Below, piece by piece: positions 52,852-62,987 of a stretch of DNA of 64,000 nt (position 1 is the stretch's first letter; each line of letters starts with the position of its first letter). Below the pieces are notes generated by a model. That model was given only the letters and a program-made list of their open reading frames with translations. It made no database searches and had not been told where the DNA came from. This stretch comes from Methanobacteriota archaeon (GTDB taxonomy: Archaea > Thermoplasmatota > Thermoplasmata > SG8-5 > DAIRED01): assembly GCA_043799545.1 (NCBI GenBank), contig JAZDNO010000014.1:1-64000 (forward strand), in the 5' to 3' direction. A program made the translations under genes and the position numbers.

Positions 52852-55827
52852 ATGGCACAACCAGGGCTCAATGGGAACGGCGACCGCGAGCCCCAGCCGA
52901 GCGCGCACCACGACCTGATGAAAATCAGGGTCAGCGAGATACTTCTCGTGTCCAGCCTCTACGACGCCTTCATCCTCGAGGAGGACGGCCTGCTGTCCGA
53001 ACAGATATCTGGCGAATACCAGGAGTTCGCCCTCTCTTCCCCGCCGCGCGTGAGCCGGGTCTCGGCGGCGAAGGAGGCGCTCGTCGAGATGGGCGCGAGG
53101 CGCTTCGACATGGTAATCACGATGGCGAGGCTCTCGGACATGAGCCCGACCGAGTTCGGGGAGCGGGCCAAGGCGCTTCAGCCAGGCATCCGCGTCATCA
53201 TGCTCATCACCGAGCCGGGGGACCTACCGCACTACCACATCCCGGGGAAGGGCGGGCCGATAGACAAGGTGTTCTATTGGACCGGGGACGCCGGCCTGTT
53301 CCTAGCCATAACCAAGTACGTGGAGGACATGGTCAACGCCGAGGCGGACGTGGCGAGCGGCTTTGTGAAGGTCATAATCGTAGTCGAGGACTCTCCCAGA
53401 TTCTATTCCGTGTTCCTTCCCATACTATACACCGAGATAATGCGCCAGAAGAACGCCCTCCTCTCGGAAGGGCTGAACGAGGCCGACAAGACCCTGCGCA
53501 GGCGCTCGAGGCCGAAGATACTGCTGGCGGAAACGTTCGAGGAGGGCAAGGCGCTGCTGGAAAAGTACCGGGGGAACGTCCTCGGCCTCATCACGGACGT
53601 GGACTATCCCATGGAAGGCAGGAAAACTGAAGGGGCTGGGCTCTTCCTGATTGAGATATCGGAGCCAGGGCTCCCCACGATTGTTCAGTCCTCAAAGCCG
53701 GAAAACCGCGCGAAGGCCGAAAGGCTCGGCGCCAAGTTCCTCGACAAGAACTCGGACACGCTGCTGGAGGACCTCAGGACCTTCTTCAAGGAGCGCCTCG
53801 GCTTCGGAGATTTCGTGTTCAGGATGAAGGACGGGACCGAGGTGGCCAGAGCGTACGACGTCAGGGACCTGACTGAAATCGCGGAAAGGGTTCCGGCCGA
53901 GTCCCTGAAGATGCACGGCGCCGCGAACCAGTTTTCAAACTGGCTGCTGGCAAGGGGCGAGGTCACCCTGGCGGCGAAGCTGAGGCCGAAGAAGGTCTCC
54001 GATTTCGCAAGCGACGAGGAGCTGAGGCACTTCCTGGTGGACGCGTTGCTGGAGGCGAGGCGGGAGAAGCTCCTGGGTGTGGTGATAGACTTCTCCCAGC
54101 AGACGTTCGAGTTCCGCGAGACGTTCACGCGCTTCGGAGGGGGCTCGCTCGGCGGGAAGGGACGCGGGCTGGCGTTCCTCGCGTCGCTGATACACAAGAG
54201 CGGCGTCCGCGCCGCGAGGCCGGACTGGCGGATAAGGATACCGGACACCCTCGTGATCGGCACCGAAGAGTTCGACAGGTTCGTCTCGACGAACGGCCTG
54301 GGTTCACTGAGGAAGACGAGGACGAAGGACCCGGAGATCGCGGCCAAGTTCCTCGCCGGCGCGATGTCCGGCGAGCTGGAATCCGCGCTCAGGACATACG
54401 CCGCAAACGTCGATTGCCCTGTGGCCGTGAGGTCATCCAGCCTCCTCGAGGACTCCCAGAACCAGCCCTTCGCGGGGATATACTCGACCTACCTGCTGCC
54501 GAACAACCATCCCGACAGGGAGGTCCGCCTGGCCCAGCTCACGTCGGCCGTGAAGCTCGTCTACGCGTCGGCTTTCTTCAAGGCTGCGAGGGCGTACATC
54601 CAGACGACCATCGGCACAGTCGAGGAGGAGCGGATGGGGGTGGTCATCCAGAAGCTCGTCGGCAACTCCCACGGAAGCAGGTTCTACCCCCTGTTCTCCG
54701 GAGTCGCCCAATCATACAACTTTTATCCAGTGCCGCCGATGTCCAAGGACGACGGCATAGCCAGCGTCGCCCTCGGCCTGGGGCGCACGGTCGTCGAGGG
54801 CGGGAAATCGCTGTCCTTCTCTCCGAAGCATCCGGCTGCAATACCGGCGCACTCGTCCCCCGAGGAGATACTGGCGAATTCCCAGGATAAGTTCTTCGCC
54901 ATAGACATGAGCCGGACAGAGTTCGACCTCACGCTGGGCGACGACGCGACCCTGACGAGGCTGGACATCTCCGACGCCGAGGGCGACGGTGTGTTGGACC
55001 AGCTCGCCAGCACATACGACACCGCGGACCACCGCTTCAGGGACGGCGTGGGGTACGACGGGCCGCGCGCCATAACGTTCGCGGGCGTGCTGAGGCACGG
55101 CCACATGCCTCTCGGGGAGATTCTGTCAGAGCTGCTGGACATGAGCAAGGACGGGATGGGCAGGCCGGTCGAGATGGAGTTCGCCGTCGCTGAAGACCCC
55201 GAGGGTTTTTTGGAGTTCCACCTCCTCCAGATTCGGCCGATGGTCTCGATGAAGGAGCGCTCGCAGGTCGTTATCGACGCCTCCGCAGAGGGCGACCGGG
55301 TGCTGGTGGCAAGCAACAGGGCGCTCGGCAACGGTGTCCTCGACGGCATCTCCGACGTCGTGTACGTCCCGCCGTCGCTGTTCGACAGGACGAAGACGAA
55401 GGAGATTGCGGACGAGATCGGGCGCCTGAACGAGTCCATGGCGGGGAAGCCTTACGTCCTCATCGGGCCGGGGCGCTGGGGCACGCGGGACAGGTTCCTC
55501 GGGATACCAGTCGAATGGGACCAGATATCGAATGCCAGGGCGATAGTCGAGGTGGGGCTGGAAGATTTCAGGATAGACCCGTCGCACGGCTCGCACTTCT
55601 TCCACAACATCACGGCTCTCGGCATACCTTATTTCAGCGTCCCCTACGGCTCGGAGCTGTCCAGGGTCGACTGGGGGTGGCTGGAGGGGCAGCCGGGAAC
55701 GAAGGGCCGCGGTTTCGCGCGACACGCGAGGCTGGCCGGGCCGCTCGTGGTCAAGGTGGACGGGCGCAGCGGAACGGGGGTCGTGCTGAAGCCAGCCGGG
55801 AAATCGCAGGGGGCGGCCGCGCATTAG
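52852..55827 (+). CDS. Receiver-like + PEP/pyruvate-binding (PPDK_N ATP-grasp) + swivel-His protein, paralog 1
   Basis: EILLVSS..D, VIIVVEDS, GLITDVD, DUF5752-like FSNWL, GGKGRGL, VRSSSLLED..FAGIY, MGVVIQ, EMEFA, LQIRP, GPGRWG, SHGSHFF. Confidence 0.85.
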   Translation: MAQPGLNGNGDREPQPSAHHDLMKIRVSEILLVSSLYDAFILEEDGLLSEQISGEYQEFALSSPPRVSRVSAAKEALVEMGARRFDMVITMARLSDMSPTEFGERAKALQPGIRVIMLITEPGDLPHYHIPGKGGPIDKVFYWTGDAGLFLAITKYVEDMVNAEADVASGFVKVIIVVEDSPRFYSVFLPILYTEIMRQKNALLSEGLNEADKTLRRRSRPKILLAETFEEGKALLEKYRGNVLGLITDVDYPMEGRKTEGAGLFLIEISEPGLPTIVQSSKPENRAKAERLGAKFLDKNSDTLLEDLRTFFKERLGFGDFVFRMKDGTEVARAYDVRDLTEIAERVPAESLKMHGAANQFSNWLLARGEVTLAAKLRPKKVSDFASDEELRHFLVDALLEARREKLLGVVIDFSQQTFEFRETFTRFGGGSLGGKGRGLAFLASLIHKSGVRAARPDWRIRIPDTLVIGTEEFDRFVSTNGLGSLRKTRTKDPEIAAKFLAGAMSGELESALRTYAANVDCPVAVRSSSLLEDSQNQPFAGIYSTYLLPNNHPDREVRLAQLTSAVKLVYASAFFKAARAYIQTTIGTVEEERMGVVIQKLVGNSHGSRFYPLFSGVAQSYNFYPVPPMSKDDGIASVALGLGRTVVEGGKSLSFSPKHPAAIPAHSSPEEILANSQDKFFAIDMSRTEFDLTLGDDATLTRLDISDAEGDGVLDQLASTYDTADHRFRDGVGYDGPRAITFAGVLRHGHMPLGEILSELLDMSKDGMGRPVEMEFAVAEDPEGFLEFHLLQIRPMVSMKERSQVVIDASAEGDRVLVASNRALGNGVLDGISDVVYVPPSLFDRTKTKEIADEIGRLNESMAGKPYVLIGPGRWGTRDRFLGIPVEWDQISNARAIVEVGLEDFRIDPSHGSHFFHNITALGIPYFSVPYGSELSRVDWGWLEGQPGTKGRGFARHARLAGPLVVKVDGRSGTGVVLKPAGKSQGAAAH

Positions 55828-56662
55828 GTGCTTCTTCGTCTCCGATTTGCACGGCGAGGCCAGCAAGTACGCCGCGCTCTTCAGGGTTGCGACGGCCGAG
55901 CGCCCGGACGCGGTGCTTCTGGGGGGAGACCTGCTACGACATGGGCACGGCGCGGGTGCGGAGGCGTTTCTTCGGGACGAGCTGATTGAGCCCGCCAGGA
56001 GGCTCGCCGGCAGCGGAACGAAGCTATTCGTCATAATGGGGAACGACGACCCGCGCGTGCACGAGCGCGCCCTGCTGGAGGCGGACGCCGGGGGCGTCCT
56101 GAGCTACGTGCCGGAGAGGGCGGTCAGGCTCGGCGACCTCTACATTGCTGGCTATCCGTACGTGCCTCCGTCGCCCTTCCAGCTCAAGGACTGGGAGCGC
56201 TACGACGTCTCGCGGTTCGTGGACCCAGGATGCGTTTCGCCGGAGGAGGGGCGGCGCAGCGTCCCCGCCGACCCGGACGCCGTCAGGAGGGAGACAATCA
56301 GGGACGATCTCGAAAGGCTGGCCGCGCTTTCGCCCCCGGAAAGGACCGTCTACCTCTTCCACGTTCCGCCGTACCGCACGAAGCTGGACCGCGCGGCCCT
56401 TGACGGCGTCTCGTACGACCACGCGCCGCTGGACGTGCACATAGGCTCCATCGCCGTCCGCGAATTCATCGAAAAAAGGTCGCCTTTCCTCACGCTGCAC
56501 GGCCACGTACACGAGTCCCCAAGGCTCGCGGGGGCCTGGCGCGACATTGTCGGGCGCACGTGCGCTTTCTCGGCGGCGCACGACGGGCCCGAGCTTGCGC
56601 TCGTCAGGTTCGACACGGAAAAACTCGACGGGGCGACGAGGGAATTGCATCCTACTGGATGA
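55823..56662 (+). CDS. Calcineurin-like metallophosphoesterase (probable ATT start)
   Basis: Complete motif set DLHG, GGDLL, MGNDD, FHVPP, HGHVHE. The first Asp lies upstream of the ORF-track TTG (55847). Confidence 0.85.
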   Translation: MRCFFVSDLHGEASKYAALFRVATAERPDAVLLGGDLLRHGHGAGAEAFLRDELIEPARRLAGSGTKLFVIMGNDDPRVHERALLEADAGGVLSYVPERAVRLGDLYIAGYPYVPPSPFQLKDWERYDVSRFVDPGCVSPEEGRRSVPADPDAVRRETIRDDLERLAALSPPERTVYLFHVPPYRTKLDRAALDGVSYDHAPLDVHIGSIAVREFIEKRSPFLTLHGHVHESPRLAGAWRDIVGRTCAFSAAHDGPELALVRFDTEKLDGATRELHPTG

Positions 56663-56703
56663 GCGTACCTTCGGCTCTTCGCTCCCTTTGCTCGATAATC
56701 AAA

Positions 56704-59700
56704 TCACTCGTACTCGTCTTTTCTGTGCCTGGGGAGCTGCAGCTCCTTCGCCTTGCCATAGACGGAATCGATGTGGGTCGCCCACGAGCCCTTCTCCTGG
56801 ATGTCCTTGTCTGTCACGACGTGCACATCCAGGAGCCCGTCGCACTTGTAGCCCGTCCTGACGTAGTTCTCTGCGGCAAGTTTTACGCTCCAGCCCTTCA
56901 GCCAGGCAAGCAAATCCTCCTTCTGGTCCTCCGTGCCTCGGTGATGGACTATCAGGTCTATGTCGCTTCCCAAACCGGCGGTGTATTCCTTGGAGCTGCC
57001 CACGACGTACAGCGCCACGACCCCGTACAATTGCGGGTCCAGCGCATCTGCAATCTCCTTGGCCTTCCCCATCCTCCAGGCGGAGTGGTTCGGCGGCACG
57101 GTGAAGGCCAGCGCCTCGCCGGCGTCCCCGTCCATTATTATCGAGAGCGTGCCGCCCTCCGAGATGTCGGCGACGCGGACGAGCTTGACCACGTCCGCAA
57201 TCTTCTCGCATCCTGTGCAGAACTCCGACAGGTGGTTCTCGGATATCTCCAAAAGCTGCTCGTTGAATACTATACCCAGTTCGTCGGGGTACAGGGGCAG
57301 GTACTGGATGCCCGCCTCGACGAGGTCCTGGAAGAAATGGGTCCCGAACGACAGCTCGGGGACGTAGCCCCCCTTGCGCCTGGCGACCTCGATGAGGAGC
57401 GCCGTGTTGTTCAAGTCGCGGTATTGCACGGGCACGCCCAGCTTGATGTCCCCCCGGCTTCCCCACCGGCCTGGCCCCATGAGAATGAACCTGCGCTTTG
57501 GCAACCGCTGGTTCAGGTCCCCTACGGCGTGGGCTACAGCAATCATGTCCTCGCGCTTCTCCAGGGATTCGTATCCCATCGGATTCACGTACACTATCCA
57601 ATCGATGTTGTTGAGGCTTCCCGTGGTGACGTAGCGCCTGGCAGAGAATATCTGCCTGGGCATGGGAATGTCCTTCGGCACCGGGATTCTCTCGACCCCG
57701 GAGGCCTGGCTCTGCGGCCTGCACTGCAGTATGTGGAGGCTCTTCCCGTCGTGCGCGAATTCCACGTCCACCGGCACGCCGAGCCTCTCCTTGAGCACTT
57801 CCAGCACCTTGCGTATCTGCTTCACGAACTGCGTTCTCTCAATCACACCGTTGAAAGTGACTACGAGCTCGTCGTTCTCCGCGTCGAGCATCATGCCGGA
57901 CGGAGGGATGAGCTGGCCGTCCTTGTGCACCGACGCGATTTTCGTCAGCAGCGGGTAGTCCTTGCCGTGCATGGCGAACACGTCGGCCACATCCACGGTC
58001 TCTATCCTCAGGGTCTCGAGGTTGATCACGTCCATGCGCCTCTGGGAATAGAGGACCGCCTCGTCGACGAGTGTGTTGACCCGGAGCTCTGGCCTGTGGG
58101 GCGACAGGAGCATCGGGTAGTCGTCCGAGACCCGGTCGACCGCCCGCGTGCCCAGTCCGACCACCAGCCTCAGGATGCCGTCCTCGCGTCTAATCCTGTG
58201 GGACCAGCGGAACTCGTTGTTGCTGAAGCCCACTCCTGCGAACGCCGGGAAATAGTATGGCCCTACCCTCGTTCCCACGACCTCCTGGATCAGGACCCCC
58301 ATGTCCTCCATGAGGTCGAGCATCCCGCGCTCGCGCCTGTACTCGATGGCGTTCGGCCCGAACGTGGACGCCCAGACTTCCGCGATGGCGTCCATGAGGG
58401 CGTTCAGGCGCTCCTGCTCCGTGCCGATGTTGGGCAGGAATAGGCTCTTGTACTTTCCAGAGAATGCAGCCCCGAAACTGTCTTCCAGGTGGCTCGAGGA
58501 GCGTACGATGATGGGCTTGCTGTTGAACTCCCTCAGGACGTCGCGCAATTCGGCGATGGTCTCCACCGGGAACGCTGCGTTCTTGAACACCTGCTCGAGG
58601 AACGGCTGCTCCTGGCGTATCTCGTTGGGCTCCATGTACTTGATTTCCGAAACCTCGTCCAGCGCGTTGTAGTGGATGAACTCCCTCATGGTGTCCGAGC
58701 TGACGTACTTGGTGTTGGCGAACGAGATTCCGGACAAATCCGGGTCGGCCTCGATTTCCTTCCTCAGGACCTTCTGGGCCAGGATTATTCCGGAGGCCTT
58801 TCCGCCGAGCTTGCCAACACCCTGGGTTGGCCCGATGGTCTTGTCCAGTATCTCCACGAAATCCTCAACCATGATGAATCTCTTGGCGACGTTTATGTAT
58901 TCCAGCTTCTCGGTGAAGAACCTGCGGATGAGGTTGGTCCTGATGCTGACGTCGTTCTCGGGCGAGAGTATCCTCTCAGCCTCTGGAATCTTCCAGAAGT
59001 GGTTGAGGGCGTCCTTGACCTCCTTCAGGGTCGAACCCATCTTCTCCGCCGTCTGAAGAAGGGTCTTGGCATTGTTCTGTCTTAGCCAGAGGACCAACAG
59101 CTCCATTATCTCCTGCGAGCTCAGGTTCTGCTGGGCTATCTCGAAGACCCCCTCCTGGAATTTCTCCAGCTCCTTGATGTCGCTCCTCGGGTTCGGCATG
59201 TTGATGCCGCACCATTCCTCGTCCGCCTTCGGCCCGTTAATCGGGCACAGCGACCCCACGAGCGAGTCGAAGCTCACGCTCGTCTTACGGGACAGGTGGT
59301 ACATCATCTTCCTGGACACTCTGAGAAGGGTGCCCGGGTCCGTCTTGATTAGCATGTCGATTATGACTTGCCAGTCAGTCTTCGGGACCGGCGTGGGCTT
59401 GTGCGCGGCGTGATGGAACTCCGTTTTCGTTCCTGCCATGATCTCCTTCAGCTGCTTCTGGTAGCGGTTGAGCTCATCGTCGCTCCGGAATTTCTCCACG
59501 AACTTGCACAATCGCTCCGCGATGACCTTCATCAGCTTTCTCTCTTCTTTCAAGAATGGGTCATGGCCCTCGAATTTCACCTTGTCCGAATAGAACACCT
59601 CTATCTTGCCGACTTTTGTCTCCTCCGTGCAAAGGGCGTACGTTAGGACGTATGGGCCCTCCCTGAAGTTCTGGCTCTTGAAAATGTCCCCGTTGACGTG

Positions 59701-59922
59701 AATCCTGGACGATGCAAATTCCGGAAATTGGAACGCTGGCGGAAGGATGTTGACTATGCCCGTCAGCGCGTCCTTGGGCGACAGCCGCTGCAGCTCCATT
59801 ATGTCGGAGATTTCGTAGAGACAGTTTAACTCCTTGAGGCGTTCGTTCAGTTCGTGTGTCTTGCGCTCAAGCTCCTTCCTTTCGAGCTCGCCGCCGCCTT
59901 TCCCGACCTCTGTTCCATCCAT
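56704..59922 (-). CDS. GAF-like + PPDK_N ATP-grasp + swivel-His + C-terminal nucleotidyltransferase protein, paralog 2
   Basis: N-terminal ELNCLYEI...LPPAFQFPE...PFLKEER; GGKASG, VRSSSHLED..FSGKY, LQCRP, GPGRWG, SFGTHFF; C-terminal YVVGSSKEYTAGLGSDIDL (GS..DxD). Confidence 0.85.
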   Translation of the reverse strand: MDGTEVGKGGGELERKELERKTHELNERLKELNCLYEISDIMELQRLSPKDALTGIVNILPPAFQFPEFASSRIHVNGDIFKSQNFREGPYVLTYALCTEETKVGKIEVFYSDKVKFEGHDPFLKEERKLMKVIAERLCKFVEKFRSDDELNRYQKQLKEIMAGTKTEFHHAAHKPTPVPKTDWQVIIDMLIKTDPGTLLRVSRKMMYHLSRKTSVSFDSLVGSLCPINGPKADEEWCGINMPNPRSDIKELEKFQEGVFEIAQQNLSSQEIMELLVLWLRQNNAKTLLQTAEKMGSTLKEVKDALNHFWKIPEAERILSPENDVSIRTNLIRRFFTEKLEYINVAKRFIMVEDFVEILDKTIGPTQGVGKLGGKASGIILAQKVLRKEIEADPDLSGISFANTKYVSSDTMREFIHYNALDEVSEIKYMEPNEIRQEQPFLEQVFKNAAFPVETIAELRDVLREFNSKPIIVRSSSHLEDSFGAAFSGKYKSLFLPNIGTEQERLNALMDAIAEVWASTFGPNAIEYRRERGMLDLMEDMGVLIQEVVGTRVGPYYFPAFAGVGFSNNEFRWSHRIRREDGILRLVVGLGTRAVDRVSDDYPMLLSPHRPELRVNTLVDEAVLYSQRRMDVINLETLRIETVDVADVFAMHGKDYPLLTKIASVHKDGQLIPPSGMMLDAENDELVVTFNGVIERTQFVKQIRKVLEVLKERLGVPVDVEFAHDGKSLHILQCRPQSQASGVERIPVPKDIPMPRQIFSARRYVTTGSLNNIDWIVYVNPMGYESLEKREDMIAVAHAVGDLNQRLPKRRFILMGPGRWGSRGDIKLGVPVQYRDLNNTALLIEVARRKGGYVPELSFGTHFFQDLVEAGIQYLPLYPDELGIVFNEQLLEISENHLSEFCTGCEKIADVVKLVRVADISEGGTLSIIMDGDAGEALAFTVPPNHSAWRMGKAKEIADALDPQLYGVVALYVVGSSKEYTAGLGSDIDLIVHHRGTEDQKEDLLAWLKGWSVKLAAENYVRTGYKCDGLLDVHVVTDKDIQEKGSWATHIDSVYGKAKELQLPRHRKDEYE

Positions 59923-59928
59923 GCCGTC

Positions 59929-62928
59929 TCAGCCCTCGCAGGCCCCGCCTTTCGCTTCGCCAAAGCCAGGCGCCTTCTTAAGGATTGCCCCTCTGCCAGT
60001 CCTGCCGTCTATCCTCACCTGGACAGGCACCGGCGAGCGCGCGTGCCTCACGTCCCCTTCCTCAGCTACAACCGGAAGGTTATTGAGCCAGTTCCAGTCG
60101 AAATCCTCGGCGAAGCGGGGCTTGATTGTGAAGTAGCCCAGCTTCAGGGAGCTCATGTTCTGGAAGAAATGCGAACCCTGGGACGGGTCTATCACCCTTC
60201 CGTCCACGGGCGTCTCGACGATGGTCTTGGAGCCGGCTATGTCGCTCCAGATTATCGGTATCCCCAGCCACGGGTCCGTCGAGCCCCACCGGCCAGGCCC
60301 TATCAGGATGTACGGACGACCCTCGTTCATCAGGGTTTTGTTGATTTTTCTTATACATGGCACGACCTGCTGCGAATTCGCCATCTCGAACGTTTCGGGC
60401 TTGACGTAGACGAAATCGACCATGCCGTCCACGATGCCGTTACCCATGACGCTGTCGCTCTGGCAGAGGGTCTGACTTTTGTCGATATCCCCAAGCTCGA
60501 CCGTGACGAGGTCGCTCTTGGCCACCATGCTCCTGACCTGGAGGAACTTGAATTCATGAGGCTTCTCCCCCGTCCTGTCCAGGGTGATGGCGAACTCAAT
60601 CTCGACCGGGCATCCCAGGGAGACCTCGCCCATCCTGAGCATCAGCCCCACGATTCTCGCCAGCGGGAACGCATCCCCCTGGAGCATCGGACCGAAGTCC
60701 AGCACGCGCGCCCCGTCCCTTCCAGTGCCCGGATAGAGCCTGTCGCCCTGCGGGTCGTAGGTGGAGACCAGCTCCTCGACGACTCCGTCACGCTCGGCGT
60801 CCTCCAGCTCAAGGTTGACGAGTGTGGCCGCGTCGTCCAAGCCAGTCCTGCCGACTTGGGAGCCCAGTGCAACTCCGTAGAATACCTTCTGAGACTGCTT
60901 CATCAGCTCGCGCACCGAGCCGTAGTGCGGAACATTGGGATGAAGGGGGCAGAAGCGGAAGGAGACTCCCCCGTCGACGATGGTCTTGCCGAGGCCCAGG
61001 GCCACGTTCGCCATGCCGTCCGTGTTTTCGCACGAGCCGAACGGCCAGTAGTCGTAGGAGCGGGCGACTCCGGATATGTCGGGGTAGAACGCGTCGCCGT
61101 GCTTCGCCCCCGCGACCTCCTGGATGACGACCGCCATGCGTTCGTCCCCGATTTTGCTCGGCGTGGCCTGGATGTAAGACCTGGCCTTCTCGAAGTACGT
61201 CGAGGCGAAAACGAACTTCACGGCGTCGCAGAGATGTTGGAAGCGGTTGTCCGTCTCGTTGGAGCTGTTGGGCAGCATCAGCGATTCATAGACCCCCGCG
61301 AAGGGCTGGAACAGCGCGTCCTCGAGAAGGCTGGACGAGCGGACGCCTATCGGGGTGCGCACGTCCTCCACGAACGAGCGGAGGTCGCCCAGCACCGTGA
61401 TGGGCAGGTCCGCCTCCAAGAAAGCCGCTGCGATGCGGTCGTCGGGCATCGAAGCCAGGTCAAGCTCGAACAGGCGGTTGCTGGCCACGAACTGCTCGAA
61501 GACACCCGTGCAAAGCACAACGGTCCGCGGAATCGAAATCCTCACGCCCGGAAATGTTTCATCGGTGACGTGTGCGGAGATTATCTTGTCCATGAACGCC
61601 AGCCCACGGGCCTTTCCGCCCAGCGCGCCCCCGCCTAGCCTGCTGAAGCGCACGAAGGGACCGTATGATTCGCGCGAGTAGTTCGCTATCGTGCCCACGT
61701 GGCTTTGGGTCTTGTGCTTGGAGATGGCCTCAAGCACGGAGCGCCTCATCGCCTCGCTGTCTTTGCCCGACTCCGAGAACCGCGCAAACTCATCCGCGAG
61801 CTCGAACTCGGTTCTTCCAACTAGCCACGAAACAATCGTCCCGTTCCGCAGGTACCGCTCAAGAACGTCCTTGGGGGCCGTCCAGATTGCCCGTTCGAGG
61901 CTCCAGACGTCTGAGGCCCGGGCTATTTGCCTTCCATCCGCGGCAACGAGGTTGAGCTCCGCCGGGCCGAGCGCCTCCCTGACGAACGCGGCGACGTCGT
62001 GGACGAGCCTGGGCGAGTCGATGTCCGCGGTTCTCGCATTCGCTTGAGGTGGGCCGCAGGGTCCGCGGCTATTGACCAGCGAGAGTATCGGCAGACCCTT
62101 CGCCGATTCCTCCAGCGCATCCCTCAGGGTCGTTTTCCCATTGTGGGGCTCTGTTTCGTCCAGCACCGCGCATAGTATCTTCCCGGCATGGCGCTCAGCC
62201 AGCTTCCGGGCTGCGTCGGGGCTGTCGGCCAGCAGCACCTTCGGCCTCCTCCTGACCCTCGCCATCTTCTGCGTGTGCGATATGTCGCCCTGCAGCAGGG
62301 CGTCGGTGTGCTCCCAAATCTCGTCGTAGATTGATGGAAGAATCCCTGAGAGCCTGGACAAGCTGGGTTCGTAGAGCAAGATTCCACGGACACCGAACGC
62401 TGTCGAATCCCGCTCGTAATTCTCGGCGTCCTCCACCGCTTGGACGATTGCCAGGAATACCTTCCCGTCGCCGTGCCAGGTGAAGATGCGGTCTATATTA
62501 TCGCACTCACCGGAGGCGGCCATTCGCGCCAGCTCGGGAGTGTTGTTGGCGAGGTAGACTATCCTCAGCCTCGGCGACTTTTCCCTCGCCCTCCTGGCGA
62601 GGTCCAGCAAGCCAAGGTCCCCGGGCGGGTTGAAGACCACGAGCAGGTCCACCCAGCCCCCGTCGAGAGAGGCGAGCGCCCGCTCCCCGCTCGCCACGTG
62701 CCTCGTCATAGGCACGTAGCCCAGCTCCCTCTGGCCGTAGACCTTGCGGAAAAGCTCGGAGAGCCTGCCCTCCTCCTCCAGCAGGAAGTAATCATATGCG
62801 GTCGAGACCAGGAGGATGTTCCGGACGCACAGCTGCCCCCATGGCTCGGCCGATGGGAGGCGTTCGCCGGCGGACTTGCCAGTAATCTGGCTAAGCGCCT
62901 CGTCTATCTCCCTGTCGCGGCCCGTCAT
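59929..62928 (-). CDS. Receiver-like + PPDK_N ATP-grasp + swivel-His protein, paralog 3
   Basis: NILLVSTAYD, GGKARGL, VRSSSLLED..FAGVY, MAVVIQE, EIEFA, LQVR, GPGRWG, SQGSHFF. Collinear with paralog 1. Confidence 0.85.
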   Translation of the reverse strand: MTGRDREIDEALSQITGKSAGERLPSAEPWGQLCVRNILLVSTAYDYFLLEEEGRLSELFRKVYGQRELGYVPMTRHVASGERALASLDGGWVDLLVVFNPPGDLGLLDLARRAREKSPRLRIVYLANNTPELARMAASGECDNIDRIFTWHGDGKVFLAIVQAVEDAENYERDSTAFGVRGILLYEPSLSRLSGILPSIYDEIWEHTDALLQGDISHTQKMARVRRRPKVLLADSPDAARKLAERHAGKILCAVLDETEPHNGKTTLRDALEESAKGLPILSLVNSRGPCGPPQANARTADIDSPRLVHDVAAFVREALGPAELNLVAADGRQIARASDVWSLERAIWTAPKDVLERYLRNGTIVSWLVGRTEFELADEFARFSESGKDSEAMRRSVLEAISKHKTQSHVGTIANYSRESYGPFVRFSRLGGGALGGKARGLAFMDKIISAHVTDETFPGVRISIPRTVVLCTGVFEQFVASNRLFELDLASMPDDRIAAAFLEADLPITVLGDLRSFVEDVRTPIGVRSSSLLEDALFQPFAGVYESLMLPNSSNETDNRFQHLCDAVKFVFASTYFEKARSYIQATPSKIGDERMAVVIQEVAGAKHGDAFYPDISGVARSYDYWPFGSCENTDGMANVALGLGKTIVDGGVSFRFCPLHPNVPHYGSVRELMKQSQKVFYGVALGSQVGRTGLDDAATLVNLELEDAERDGVVEELVSTYDPQGDRLYPGTGRDGARVLDFGPMLQGDAFPLARIVGLMLRMGEVSLGCPVEIEFAITLDRTGEKPHEFKFLQVRSMVAKSDLVTVELGDIDKSQTLCQSDSVMGNGIVDGMVDFVYVKPETFEMANSQQVVPCIRKINKTLMNEGRPYILIGPGRWGSTDPWLGIPIIWSDIAGSKTIVETPVDGRVIDPSQGSHFFQNMSSLKLGYFTIKPRFAEDFDWNWLNNLPVVAEEGDVRHARSPVPVQVRIDGRTGRGAILKKAPGFGEAKGGACEG

Positions 62929-62987
62929 CCCGGTTGCATCCTCCTCGCGCGAGATGCGTGGCGGGCTGTGCAGTCACGTTCTTGCCT

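Noticed and set aside
52852-62928. Annotating the three paralogs as PEP synthase (ppsA).
   Set aside because: All three lack the C-terminal pyruvate/PEP-binding barrel and carry signalling-type modules instead.
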